NCBI GenBank assembly: GCA_963807085.1
Contig: CAWEBB010000022.1
Coordinates: forward strand, 119,406-183,405
Direction: 5' to 3'
Length of the DNA: 64,000 bases
DNA from: an uncultured Alphaproteobacteria bacterium
Lineage (GTDB): Bacteria; Pseudomonadota; Alphaproteobacteria; Bin95
In this document: in pieces, positions 20,446 to 30,019 of the stretch
Position numbering within the stretch: the first letter of the stretch is position 1
Layout of the letters: each line of letters begins with the position of its first letter
Position numbers and translations under genes: made by a program
The notes under the pieces: generated by a model
The model's input: only the letters and a program-made list of their open reading frames with translations
Told to the model about the DNA's origin: nothing
The model's database searches: none

Positions 20446-20850
20446 ATGCCCATCAAAAAAGGCATCAAACAGCTTCTGGAAGAAGCGAACGCCCGTATCA
20501 AGACCGTCAGCGTCGATGAGGCGAAGGCCATGCACGGCCGCGACAACGTCGTCTTTGTCGATATTCGCGACGTTCGGGAATTGGAGCGCGACGGCATGAT
20601 TGCCGGCGCAACTCATGCCCCCCGCGGAATGCTGGAATTCTGGGTCGACCCGGAAAGCCCGTATTACCGCGAGTCCCTGAACGACGAGAGCAAGCAGTAC
20701 CTCCTGTACTGCGCCAGCGCCTGGCGTTCTGCCCTGGCGACCGACCGCCTGACCGAGATGGGCATGGAAAACGTCGCCCATATCGACGGGGGCTTTACCG
20801 GCTGGAAAAAGGCCGAAGGCCCCGTCCAGGAACGGCCGAAAAAGGGCTGA
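20446..20850 (+). CDS. Single-domain rhodanese-like protein
   Basis: VDIRDVRE, HAPRGMLEFWVDP, YCASAWRSALA, HIDGGFTGWK. Confidence 0.9.
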   Translation: MPIKKGIKQLLEEANARIKTVSVDEAKAMHGRDNVVFVDIRDVRELERDGMIAGATHAPRGMLEFWVDPESPYYRESLNDESKQYLLYCASAWRSALATDRLTEMGMENVAHIDGGFTGWKKAEGPVQERPKKG

Positions 20851-20898
20851 TTTTCTGGCAAACCGCAGGTTAGCGCGTGGCGGCTTGGCTTCTTCTGA

Positions 20899-21978
20899 CT
20901 AAGCCGCCATTGCCTTTGCGGCCTCCGCCCTGATCTGCTCCGGCGAGCCGAGCAATTGCCGGTCCAGGCCGATACGCTTGAACCAGTAGTGCAGGCCGAG
21001 ATCATCGGTAAAGCCCATGCCGCCATGCACCTCGGTCGCGAAGCGCGCGACGAAGCGGCCGACTTCGGCCATGTGCGCCTTGGCGTGACAGGCCATGCGG
21101 TGGGCGTCCGTACGCGGCAGGGCGGTTTGCGCGTGCACGGCGTACCAGACCAGCGCCTTCGCCGGCTCCAGCGCCGTGATCATATCGGCGAGGCTATGCT
21201 TTACGCCCTGGAACGAGCCGATCACCCGGTCGAACTGCTCCCGCACCTTGGCATACTCCACGGCCTGGCTGAGCATGGCCTCCGCCGCGCCGACCTGGTC
21301 GGCGGCCAAGCCGACGCGGGCGAGACCGAGGGCGCGGGCAACCAGTGCCTCGCCGCCTGCGATAGGCTCGGCCTCCACCTGATCGAAGCGCAGTTCGGCG
21401 AGCATTCTGGTGCGGTCGATGCTGGTCATCGCTGTTTGGGCGAGGCCGTTTGCTTCCCGCCGCACCAGCCAAAGCTGGTCGCGCCCGCTGGCAACGATGA
21501 ACGCCTCCGCCGCGCCCGCATCCTGTACCATCAAGGACTTGCCCGCCAGCCGGCCGTTTTCCACCGAAACCCCCGCCCCGGCCCGCGCGCCGACGGCTTC
21601 CGTTAGTGCCAGGCCGATCTTGGCCTCGCCGCCGGCAATCCGCGGTAACCATTCGGCCGCCAGCGAGTTGGATGAGCTTTCGGCCAGCACCAGCGGCGCG
21701 ACGAAGGCGGTGCCCAGATAGGGTGCGGGGGCCGTGAACCGACCCAGTTCCTCCAGCACGATGCCGGCATCGAACGCGCCCATGCCGAGGCCGCCATGCT
21801 CTTCCGGTACCAGCACGCCCACGGCGCCGAGTTCGGTGAGGCCGGACCACAAATGCTCGTCATAGCCGGTGCCTTCCGCCGCCACTTCGCGCACCCGCTC
21901 CAGCGGTGAGCGTTGCGACAGCAGGCGGCGCAGTTGGTCCTGGAAGGCTTCTTGTTCCTGTGAAAGACCGAACCGCAT
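20899..21978 (-). CDS. Acyl-CoA dehydrogenase family protein (shorter subunit of a pair)
   Basis: EEHGGLG...EELGR, YAKVREQFDRVIGSFQGVKH, VHGGMGFT. Confidence 0.9.
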   Translation of the reverse strand: MRFGLSQEQEAFQDQLRRLLSQRSPLERVREVAAEGTGYDEHLWSGLTELGAVGVLVPEEHGGLGMGAFDAGIVLEELGRFTAPAPYLGTAFVAPLVLAESSSNSLAAEWLPRIAGGEAKIGLALTEAVGARAGAGVSVENGRLAGKSLMVQDAGAAEAFIVASGRDQLWLVRREANGLAQTAMTSIDRTRMLAELRFDQVEAEPIAGGEALVARALGLARVGLAADQVGAAEAMLSQAVEYAKVREQFDRVIGSFQGVKHSLADMITALEPAKALVWYAVHAQTALPRTDAHRMACHAKAHMAEVGRFVARFATEVHGGMGFTDDLGLHYWFKRIGLDRQLLGSPEQIRAEAAKAMAA

Positions 21979-23219
21979 CAGGCGCGCCCCGCAGGCGCCG
22001 CGCGCCCTCCCTGGCCGGCGGCCGGGATCACGGCCTTGGGCTCCCGCGGCAGACCGAGTCCGCGCTCGGCAATGATGTTGCGCTGAATGTTGGTGGAGCC
22101 GCCGCCAATGATCAGGCCGAGGTCGTGCATGTACCAGGCTTGCCAGGCACCCTCGTCGCGCAGATATTCGCCTTCCTCATAGAGCACGCCGAGTTCGCCC
22201 ATGGCATCGATGGCGAGGGCGTCCAGTTCATGGTTCAGCACGGTGCCGTAATATTTGATGACGAGCTGGGCCATGCCGAAGTCGGTGCCGTCCAGGTCGG
22301 CGGAGATCAGGCGCATGAAGTTGAACTTCAGCGCCAGCACCTTTGCTTCCAACTGCATCAGCCGGTCGGCCAACAGCGGGTCGTCGATGGCGCGCCGGCC
22401 GTCCAGGGTCTCGCGCTTCATCAACTTCACCAGCCCCTCGAAACGGGCCATCGACTTATTCGGATCGCCGAGCCCGCCGCGCTCATGCTTCAGCGTGACG
22501 TTCGCCACCTTCCAACCCTCGCCGCGCTTGCCGACGATGTTGGTGGCCGGAATGCGAACATTGTCGAAGAACACCTGATTGAATTCGCTGCGTCCGGTCA
22601 TCGTCTTGAGCGGCGAGACGGTGAGCCCGTCGGAGTGCACAGGGATCAACAGATAGCTGATGCCCCGGTGTTTCGGCGCATCGGGTTCGGTGCGCACCAG
22701 ACAGAACATCATGTCGGAGAAATGCGCGCCGCTGGTCCAGATCTTCTGGCCGTTGATGATCCATTCGTCGTCGGCCAGCTCGCCCTTGGTGCGCAGGCTG
22801 GCGAGGTCGGAGCCGCTGCCAGGTTCTGAATAGCCCTGGCACCACCATTCCTCGCCGGTGATCGCTTTCGGCACATAGCGCGCCTTTTGCGCCTCTGTCC
22901 CTGCTTCCAACAGCGTCGGCACCAGCATCATGACGCCGATCCCCGTCAACCCGGCCGAGACATTGGCAGCGTTGAACTCCTCGCCAATGATCATGTTTTC
23001 CAGGATATCGACTGGCGCGCCAAAGCCGCCATACTGGGATGGGATGTTGCGGGCGGCATAGCCATTGGCGATCAGGTGTTTTTGCCAGGCGAGCACTCGG
23101 GCGCCGGTTTGCCGCGGTCGCGGATGGTAATGGCGGGCGGGGCGTCGGCGGTGTTTTGCGATGAAGGCGCGGATTTCTTCGCGGAAATCCAGATAGCGCT
23201 GGTCGAGGGATAGGTCCAT
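21978..23219 (-). CDS. Acyl-CoA dehydrogenase family protein
   Basis: WCQGYSEPGSGSDLASL, INGQKIWTSGAH, EFNQVFFDNV, IGGGSTNIQRNIIAERGLGLP; TGATG overlap with the next gene. Confidence 0.92.
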   Translation of the reverse strand: MDLSLDQRYLDFREEIRAFIAKHRRRPARHYHPRPRQTGARVLAWQKHLIANGYAARNIPSQYGGFGAPVDILENMIIGEEFNAANVSAGLTGIGVMMLVPTLLEAGTEAQKARYVPKAITGEEWWCQGYSEPGSGSDLASLRTKGELADDEWIINGQKIWTSGAHFSDMMFCLVRTEPDAPKHRGISYLLIPVHSDGLTVSPLKTMTGRSEFNQVFFDNVRIPATNIVGKRGEGWKVANVTLKHERGGLGDPNKSMARFEGLVKLMKRETLDGRRAIDDPLLADRLMQLEAKVLALKFNFMRLISADLDGTDFGMAQLVIKYYGTVLNHELDALAIDAMGELGVLYEEGEYLRDEGAWQAWYMHDLGLIIGGGSTNIQRNIIAERGLGLPREPKAVIPAAGQGGRAAPAGRA

Positions 23220-23368
23220 CGGGGGGGCTCCTCAAACAAGGTGATGCAGCCAGTGTAGGCGAGGTGGCGTTAGCGGCAAGCAATCTCTGTCTGTTGCCAA
23301 CCGCGCCGTCTGGTTTCCTACCGCATTGTCCCGAGAAGTGGCAGACAGACGGCAATGGGAAAAAAGGC

Positions 23369-24905
23369 CTATTTCCAAATCGATTTGCCGCTGCCGGGCA
23401 GGCCGAGTTCCTTCCAGCGGGTGCTAGACCTTATCGATCACCGTCGTCGTCCATGCGGATCGGACGCCCCATTCGCGGTTGGTCTCGCCCGGCCATTTGT
23501 CGGTGGCGTCCAGCCCGATCTTGAGCCCAAGCCGCTGACGGGCGAGGCGAAATCCAGATAGTCGATGGGCGTGTTCTCGATCAGGGTGATGTCGCGCGCC
23601 GGGTCCATGCGGGTGGAAATCGCCCAGATCACGTCCTTCCAGTCGCGGGCGTTGATGTCCGCGTCCACCACGATCACCCACTTGGTGTACATGAACTGGC
23701 GCAGGTACGACCAGACGCCCATCATCACCCGCTTGGCGTGCCCGGCATAGGCCTTTTTCATGGAAACCACCGCGACCCGGTAGGAGCAGCCTTCCGGCGG
23801 CAGCCAGAAATCGACGATCTCCGGAAACTGCTGCTGCAGCAGCGGGATGAACACCTCGTTCAGCGCCTCGCCCAGCACGCTCGGCTCGTCGGGCGGGCGG
23901 CCGGTGAAGGTGGAGAGGTAGATCGGGTGCTTGCGCATGGTGATGGCGCTGATGGTGAAGACCGGGAAGCGCTCGACCGGATTATAGTAGCCGGTGTGGT
24001 CGCCATAGGGGCCTTCGTCGCCGATAGTCGGTCGAGCGAGACATGCCCCTCCAGCACGATTTCCGCCGTCGCGGGCACCTTCAGCGGCACGGTCTTGCAG
24101 TCGACCAGATCGACCTTGGCGTTCCGCAACAGCCCCGCGAACTGCATATTCCGACTGAGCGTATCCGGCACCGGCGTCACCGCGGCCAGGATGGTGCCGG
24201 GGTCCGCGCCGATCACCACGGCGGCGGGCAGCGGCTCCGGCTTCTCGTCTTTTCCTGGGCGCTCTGCGCCTGGCCCCACCGCGCATGATGCTGGGCGCCG
24301 CCCCGATGCTTCAGCCAGCGCATCAGCGTGGTGTTCTTACCCGTCACCTGCATCCGGTAGATGCCGAGATTGTAATCATCCTCCTTTCGCTTGCCCGGTC
24401 CCTTGGTCACCACCAATGGCCAGGTGATCAGCGGCGCGGGCTCGCCCGGCCAGCAGGTCTGGATGGGCAAGGCTGAGAGGTCGATTTGGTCGCCCTTAAG
24501 CACCACCTCCTGCACCGGCGCACTCGACACGGTGCGGGGCTTCATGGTCATGACGGTCTTGAGCAGGGGCAGCATGCCCATCGCCTCCCGCCAGCCGCCG
24601 GGCGGCTCTGGTTGGCGCAGGAACGCCAGGGTCTCGCCCACCTCGCGCAGTTGCGAAGGCTCCCGCTCCATGCCCCACGCGACGCGCTCGACGGTGCCGA
24701 ACAGGTTGGCCAGCACCGGCATGGCGTAGGGTGAGCCGTCGTCCCGGCGCACGTTCTCGAACAGCACCGCCGGCCCCTGCTCGGCCAACAGTCGGGTTTG
24801 AATTTCCGTGATCTCCAAATTCGGCGAGACCGGGGCGGATACACGGCTGAGGCGACCACGCTTTTCCAGCCGGTCCATGAATTCGCGTAAGGAGGTGTAG
24901 GCCAT
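23369..24905 (-). CDS. ubiD: UbiD family decarboxylase, broken by many indels
   Basis: MAYTSLREF..., [47 protein letters not shown]; reconstructed end [20 protein letters not shown]-stop at 23369. Confidence 0.88.
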
Positions 24906-24984
24906 GGAAAAACTCGCGCTTGCTGATCTCGGGCTTGGGCATCTGGGGGTTGGCACGGGTGGCAATTTCTGGCTTGGATAGGCC

Positions 24985-25707
24985 ATGATCAGCCCGATCG
25001 AAAGAGCCCTGACCTATCCCTACACCGTGCCCGGCGAATCCTACCTTTTCGCAGGAGGCCAGGCGCAGGCCTATCAACCTCCGTCGGCCATGCCGGAGCG
25101 GCGGATACCGATCATCGGCTACGGCTCCAACCGCTCGCCCGAACAGTTGGCGCGGAAATTCCCGGAGCCCGGCCAGCAGATCCCGGTCGAGGCCGCCTGG
25201 CTCGCCGACTTCGACGTGGTCTATTCCGCCCGGATCAGCGGCTATGCCGCCATCCCCGCGACCGTCGCGCATTGTCCCGGCTGTCGCCTGCCGGTGATGC
25301 TGACCTGGCTCAGCCTGGAGCAACTGCCCGTTATGCACCGCAGCGAAGGTGTGGGCGTCGCCTACGACTTCGGCGTGCTGGAGGTTCCGGTGCTGGGTGA
25401 GCATAGCGGCAGGCTGGCACGCGCCTTCATCTATGTGAACCGGACCGGAGCCTATGCGCCCGATGGCGAGCCGGTGCCGCTGGTGGAGATCACAAGCGAA
25501 GGCCGCCGCTGGCGGGGCGCCGGGCAGCACGACATGCAGCGGTCATTGGCGCTGTCGTTGCAGGCAGGCAGCACCGCCGAAGCCTTTGTCGAGGCCAATG
25601 TCGCCAACGGGGAGCAGCGCCTTCTGCACTCGCGCCGGATGGCGGAGACCGCGGTTGAGTGGCAGCATGGCGCCTTCCGCCCGCTTTCGCCCGAGGACAA
25701 GCTTTGA
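24985..25707 (+). CDS. Uncharacterised protein, probable gamma-glutamylcyclotransferase-like fold
   Basis: IGYGSN motif and LEQLPVMHRSEG resemble GGCT YGSN and LDxxEG motifs; fold call is an inference. Confidence 0.55.
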   Translation: MISPIERALTYPYTVPGESYLFAGGQAQAYQPPSAMPERRIPIIGYGSNRSPEQLARKFPEPGQQIPVEAAWLADFDVVYSARISGYAAIPATVAHCPGCRLPVMLTWLSLEQLPVMHRSEGVGVAYDFGVLEVPVLGEHSGRLARAFIYVNRTGAYAPDGEPVPLVEITSEGRRWRGAGQHDMQRSLALSLQAGSTAEAFVEANVANGEQRLLHSRRMAETAVEWQHGAFRPLSPEDKL

Positions 25708-26483
25708 TGCGCGCCGCCCTACTTTCGCCCGCCGACCCGCCGGCCTTTTCCGTCATTAACGGCGCGGCCGAAACGCCCATCCTGTTCGTCTGCGAGCATG
25801 CGGGCAACGCGGTGCCGGCGGCGCTGAACGGGCTCGGCATTGGCGCGCAAGACCTGAACGACCATATCGGCTGGGATATCGGCGCCGCCGGGGTGACCCG
25901 GCATCTGGCGTCGATGTTCGGTGCGACCGCTGTTCTCGCGACCTATTCCCGCCTGGTGATCGATGCGAACCGGCCATTGGCTCATTGCACGTCGGTGCCG
26001 GAGGAAAGCGACGGCCGGCCGATACCCGCCAATGCCGGCCTTTCGCCGGAAGGCCGCCGCGCCCGGCAGGAAGCCTGCTTCTGGCCGTTTCATCGCGTGG
26101 TCGCGCACCACCGGGTCCGCCTGAGCCGTATGCAAGAGCCCGTGCTGGTGTTCGTGCACAGTTTCACCCCGCAAATGGCCGACGGCTGGCAGCGCCCCTG
26201 GGAGATCGGCATCCTGTGGGACCAGGATCCGCGCCTGGCGCAACCGATGCTGGAGCATTTGCGCGGTGTGCTGGGCGACAAGGTCGGCGACAACCAACCC
26301 TATCCGGGCGGCGACGATACCGGTTACAGCGCCGAGGTCCATGCGAAGGAAACCGGGCTGCCGCACATCATGCTGGAGGTGCGCAACGACCTGATCCGCG
26401 ACGAGGCAGGCCAGCGGCACTGGGCCGGCGTGTTGGCAGAAGCGCTGCGGGTTTGCCCGGATGTGCGGCGAGTGACGGCCTGA
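25707..26483 (+). CDS. N-formylglutamate amidohydrolase family protein
   Basis: VCEHAGN, HIGWDIGA, YSRLVIDANR, PFH, VHSFTP, GDNQPY, LEVRNDLI. Confidence 0.92.
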   Translation: MRAALLSPADPPAFSVINGAAETPILFVCEHAGNAVPAALNGLGIGAQDLNDHIGWDIGAAGVTRHLASMFGATAVLATYSRLVIDANRPLAHCTSVPEESDGRPIPANAGLSPEGRRARQEACFWPFHRVVAHHRVRLSRMQEPVLVFVHSFTPQMADGWQRPWEIGILWDQDPRLAQPMLEHLRGVLGDKVGDNQPYPGGDDTGYSAEVHAKETGLPHIMLEVRNDLIRDEAGQRHWAGVLAEALRVCPDVRRVTA

Positions 26484-26568
26484 CCCTATCGCCATTCGGC
26501 GCGGCAGCGCTTAGGATACGGCCTTAGGGCATCGGCTAATACAGAGAACAACCAGGAGCAAACTTCCC

Positions 26569-27420
26569 ATGGGAAAACTGAGCGGGCGCACCGCCGTCGT
26601 CACCGGCGCCAGCCGGGGCATCGGCCAGTACATCGCCGAACTGTTCGCGAGCGAGGGCGCGCGCGTCGTCTGCACGGCGCGCACCCTGAACGAGGGCGAC
26701 CACAAAATGCTGGAAGGCTCGCTATCGCGCACGGTCGAAGGCATCAAGGAAAAGGGGGGGGAAGCAGTCGCGATCACCTCCGACGTCAGCATCGAAGAAA
26801 GCTGCGAAGAGCTGATCGCCAAGGCGCGCGAGGCGTTCGGGCCGGTGACGGTGCTGGTGAACAACGCGGCCCTGAACTATTACCTGCCGACCGAAACCTA
26901 TCCCACCAACCGCTGGCTGCGCTGCTTCGCGATCAACGTGCATGCCCCCTTTATCCTGTCCAAGCTGGTGCTGCCCGACATGAAGGAGCAGGGCGTCGGC
27001 GCGATCGTCAATGTCAGTTCCGGCGCCGCCATCGGGCCGGGCCGCGGCCCCTATGCCGACCATACGGTGCGGGGTGGCGTCATGTATGGCGCGACCAAGG
27101 CCGCGCTGGAACGCTTCACCCAAGGGCTGGCGCAGGAGGTGGCGCAATACGGCAACATCGCAGTCACCGCCTACTCGCCAAGCCAGGTGGTGCCGACGCC
27201 GGGCACCGTCCACCACAAGCTGGTTTCCGGCATGGACGATCCGAAGGGCGAGCACCCGTCGATCATGGCGAAGGCGGCGTTGCTGCTGGCAAGCGAACCG
27301 GCGGCCACGATCAATGGCCGGGTCTGCTATAGCCAGGAGATCCTGAGCGAATTCGGCTGGCTGGAAGACGCCAAGGGCCGCGGGGTTACCTCGCCCGGCA
27401 GCGGCTACTCGCAGATCTAA
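26569..27420 (+). CDS. SDR family oxidoreductase
   Basis: TGASRGIG, VNNAA, NVSS, YGATK. Confidence 0.92.
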   Translation: MGKLSGRTAVVTGASRGIGQYIAELFASEGARVVCTARTLNEGDHKMLEGSLSRTVEGIKEKGGEAVAITSDVSIEESCEELIAKAREAFGPVTVLVNNAALNYYLPTETYPTNRWLRCFAINVHAPFILSKLVLPDMKEQGVGAIVNVSSGAAIGPGRGPYADHTVRGGVMYGATKAALERFTQGLAQEVAQYGNIAVTAYSPSQVVPTPGTVHHKLVSGMDDPKGEHPSIMAKAALLLASEPAATINGRVCYSQEILSEFGWLEDAKGRGVTSPGSGYSQI

Positions 27421-27432
27421 AAAGGGTACTCG

Positions 27433-27855
27433 ATGGAGCCTGTACTTTTGGCGGTGGTGAATGTCGCCGCCGCGCTGCTGTTTGGCGGCATGTTCGCCTT
27501 TGCCGGTTTCTTCGCACCGATGGCGTTTTCGCGGCTGCCGGAAGGTCATTCCGGGCCGTTCATCCAGGGCATCTTCCCGACCTATTACATCGCGGGAACG
27601 GTGATCGCCGCGATTGGCGCATTCGCGGCGCTGCCGGTGCGCCGGCCGGAGGCGATCGTGCTCTGGCTGGTGGCGCTGGGCTTTCTGTTCAGCCGCTATT
27701 ATCTGATGCCGAGAACCGTCAAGGCGCGGGCGGAGCGCGAACGGGGCCTGCCGGGCGCCGCCGAAAAATTCGCAGACCTGCACAAGCGGGCAGCATTCAT
27801 GAACATGGTGCAACTGGTCTGCTGTCTGGTCGTGCTGGTGCGGGTCGCTCTTTAG
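27433..27855 (+). CDS. DUF4149 (TMEM205-like) membrane protein
   Basis: LLFGGMFAFAGFFAPMAF, IFPTYY, LMPR, FADLHK; four hydrophobic segments. Confidence 0.7.
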   Translation: MEPVLLAVVNVAAALLFGGMFAFAGFFAPMAFSRLPEGHSGPFIQGIFPTYYIAGTVIAAIGAFAALPVRRPEAIVLWLVALGFLFSRYYLMPRTVKARAERERGLPGAAEKFADLHKRAAFMNMVQLVCCLVVLVRVAL

Positions 27856-27958
27856 CGCACGGGTTCCGCCAAGCGACTTCCCGTCCGGTGCACATCGTGG
27901 CCGGCAATGCCTATCTCCGCCGTTAAGCTTTTCCCCGACTTCGATAGTGGATACCGCA

Positions 27959-28570
27959 ATGGCCCAAAAACCCCTTCCCTGGAACAAAATCGCGCTGGCC
28001 TTGGCCATTGTGTTCACGCTGTTGGTCGCGGGCCTTGTCGGCTATGCCATGAACCGCTCGTTCAACGAAAGCAGCGTCGTCGGCAGCGGCGAGGCGTTGG
28101 TGGGCGGTCCGTTCGAACTGACCAACCAGAACGGCGAGACGGTAACCGACAAGGACTTTCGCGGGCAGAACCTGCTGATCTATTTCGGCTTCACCTTCTG
28201 CCCCGATGTCTGCCCGACCGAACTGGCAAAGATCGCGGCGGCCGTGGACATGTTGCCGTCCGATGCGAACGTGACGCCCGTCTTCATCACCATCGACCCG
28301 GAGAGGGACGGCGTGGAAGAGGTGAAGGCCTATGTAGAAGCGTTCGATCCCGAAATGGTTGGCCTGACCGGCACGCCCGAGCAGATCGAGGCGGTCGCCA
28401 AGGAGTATCGGGTGTATTACGCCAAAAGTACGGGCAGCGACAATACCGACTATCTGATGGATCATTCCTCGATCATCTATTTCATGGGAGAGGACGGCAA
28501 GTTCATCGCCCATTTCACCATCGGATCCACCGCGGAGAATATAGCGGCGCGGGTTCGGCAGGAATTGTAG
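27959..28570 (+). CDS. SCO family copper chaperone
   Basis: N-terminal TM, GGPFEL, YFGFTFCPDVCP (CxxxC), TIDPERD, YLMDHS. Confidence 0.95.
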   Translation: MAQKPLPWNKIALALAIVFTLLVAGLVGYAMNRSFNESSVVGSGEALVGGPFELTNQNGETVTDKDFRGQNLLIYFGFTFCPDVCPTELAKIAAAVDMLPSDANVTPVFITIDPERDGVEEVKAYVEAFDPEMVGLTGTPEQIEAVAKEYRVYYAKSTGSDNTDYLMDHSSIIYFMGEDGKFIAHFTIGSTAENIAARVRQEL

Positions 28571-28647
28571 GACAGGTAGCGCCTGCCGGCGGAGCAACGT
28601 ATGGTTTGCCTCCTGCACGAACTGCGCTCGCCTAAAGGTCACCCCCT

Positions 28648-30006
28648 ATGCCTTCTTCGATGATCACCGACCAGTCGCCCGTCCGCTTTTCGGACCCTCT
28701 GCCGGGTGAGGCGGATGTGGTGGTGATCGGCGCGGGCGTGGCGGGCACGGCGACCGCCTATTTCCTCGCCAAACACGGAGCGCGGGTAGTGCTGTGCGAA
28801 AAGGGCCGTGTCGCGGGCGAGCAATCCAGCCGCAACTGGGGCTGGGTGCGTCAGCAGGGCCGCGACTGGGCGGAACTGCCAATCATGATGGAAAGCAACC
28901 GCATCTGGCGGCGTTTGGCCGAAGATACCGGCGAGGCGGATCTGGCATTCACGGAAACCGGATGCCTCTATCTGGCTGATAGCGACGAGGCGATGGCCAA
29001 GCACCTTGAATGGTATGAGGTCGCCGTGCAGCACCAACTCGGCACGCGGCTGCTGACAAAAGAGGAGATCGCGCGCGACCACCCGAATATTGCGCCCGCC
29101 CCCGGCAAGCAATGGCAGGGCGGCATGCTCACGCCAACCGACGGCAAGGGCGAGCCCTTCGTCGCGGTGCCTGCGCTAGCCCGCGCTGCCCAACGCGAGG
29201 GCGCAGCGATCATCGAAAACTGTGCCGTCCGCACGTTGGATACGGAGGGCGGCAAGGTCGCGGGCGTCGTGACGGAAAAGGGCCGGGTGAAGGCGCGCCA
29301 GGTGGTGCTGTGCGGCGGTGCGTGGAGCACCTTCTTTGCCGCCAATGCCGGCCTGTCACTGCCGCAACTGGCGGTGCGCTCGACCGTGGCGCGGACGGAA
29401 GAAGCGCCGCACGCCTATGGCCCGAACATTTCGACGCCGGGCCTGACCATGCGGCGGCGGTCTGACGGCGGCTATACCGTCACCAGCGGCGACCTGGCGG
29501 AGCATTTCATCTCGCCGAATTCGTTCCGCTGGCTGGGCAAGTACCGCAAACTGCTGCAGAAATCCGCGAAAGATGTAAAGCTGATCCCGATGGCGCCAAA
29601 GGGCTATCCGGGCGCCTGGGGCAATCCCAGCAAGTGGCGGGAGGATCAGGAAAGCCCGTTCGAGCGCCAGCGCGTCCTCAACCCCGACCCCTCGCCAGTG
29701 GTGGTAAAGCGCATCGAGGAGCGCCTGCCGCAGCGCTTCCCCGACCTGGCCGGCACGAAACTTGCCGAGGCCTGGGCGGGCATGATCGACGTCACGCCCG
29801 ACGCCGTGCCCTATCTGGGCGAGGACGACCGCATGCCCGGGCTGTATTACGCCACCGGCCTTAGCGGGCACGGCTTCGGCATCGGTCCCGCCGTCGGGCG
29901 GATCATGGCGGACCTAGTGCTGGGCCGGCCGAGCGGGCACGACCTGAACCGTTTCCGCACCGGCCGTTTCTTCGACGGCAGCGAGATCGTGCCTGGCCCT
30001 TACTGA
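28648..30006 (+). CDS. FAD-dependent oxidoreductase (DAO / D-amino acid deaminase-like)
   Basis: VIGAGVAG, GEQSSRNWGWVRQQGRD, WAGMIDVTPD, SGHGFGIGP. Confidence 0.9.
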   Translation: MPSSMITDQSPVRFSDPLPGEADVVVIGAGVAGTATAYFLAKHGARVVLCEKGRVAGEQSSRNWGWVRQQGRDWAELPIMMESNRIWRRLAEDTGEADLAFTETGCLYLADSDEAMAKHLEWYEVAVQHQLGTRLLTKEEIARDHPNIAPAPGKQWQGGMLTPTDGKGEPFVAVPALARAAQREGAAIIENCAVRTLDTEGGKVAGVVTEKGRVKARQVVLCGGAWSTFFAANAGLSLPQLAVRSTVARTEEAPHAYGPNISTPGLTMRRRSDGGYTVTSGDLAEHFISPNSFRWLGKYRKLLQKSAKDVKLIPMAPKGYPGAWGNPSKWREDQESPFERQRVLNPDPSPVVVKRIEERLPQRFPDLAGTKLAEAWAGMIDVTPDAVPYLGEDDRMPGLYYATGLSGHGFGIGPAVGRIMADLVLGRPSGHDLNRFRTGRFFDGSEIVPGPY

Positions 30007-30019
30007 GAGCCGTCGCCGG

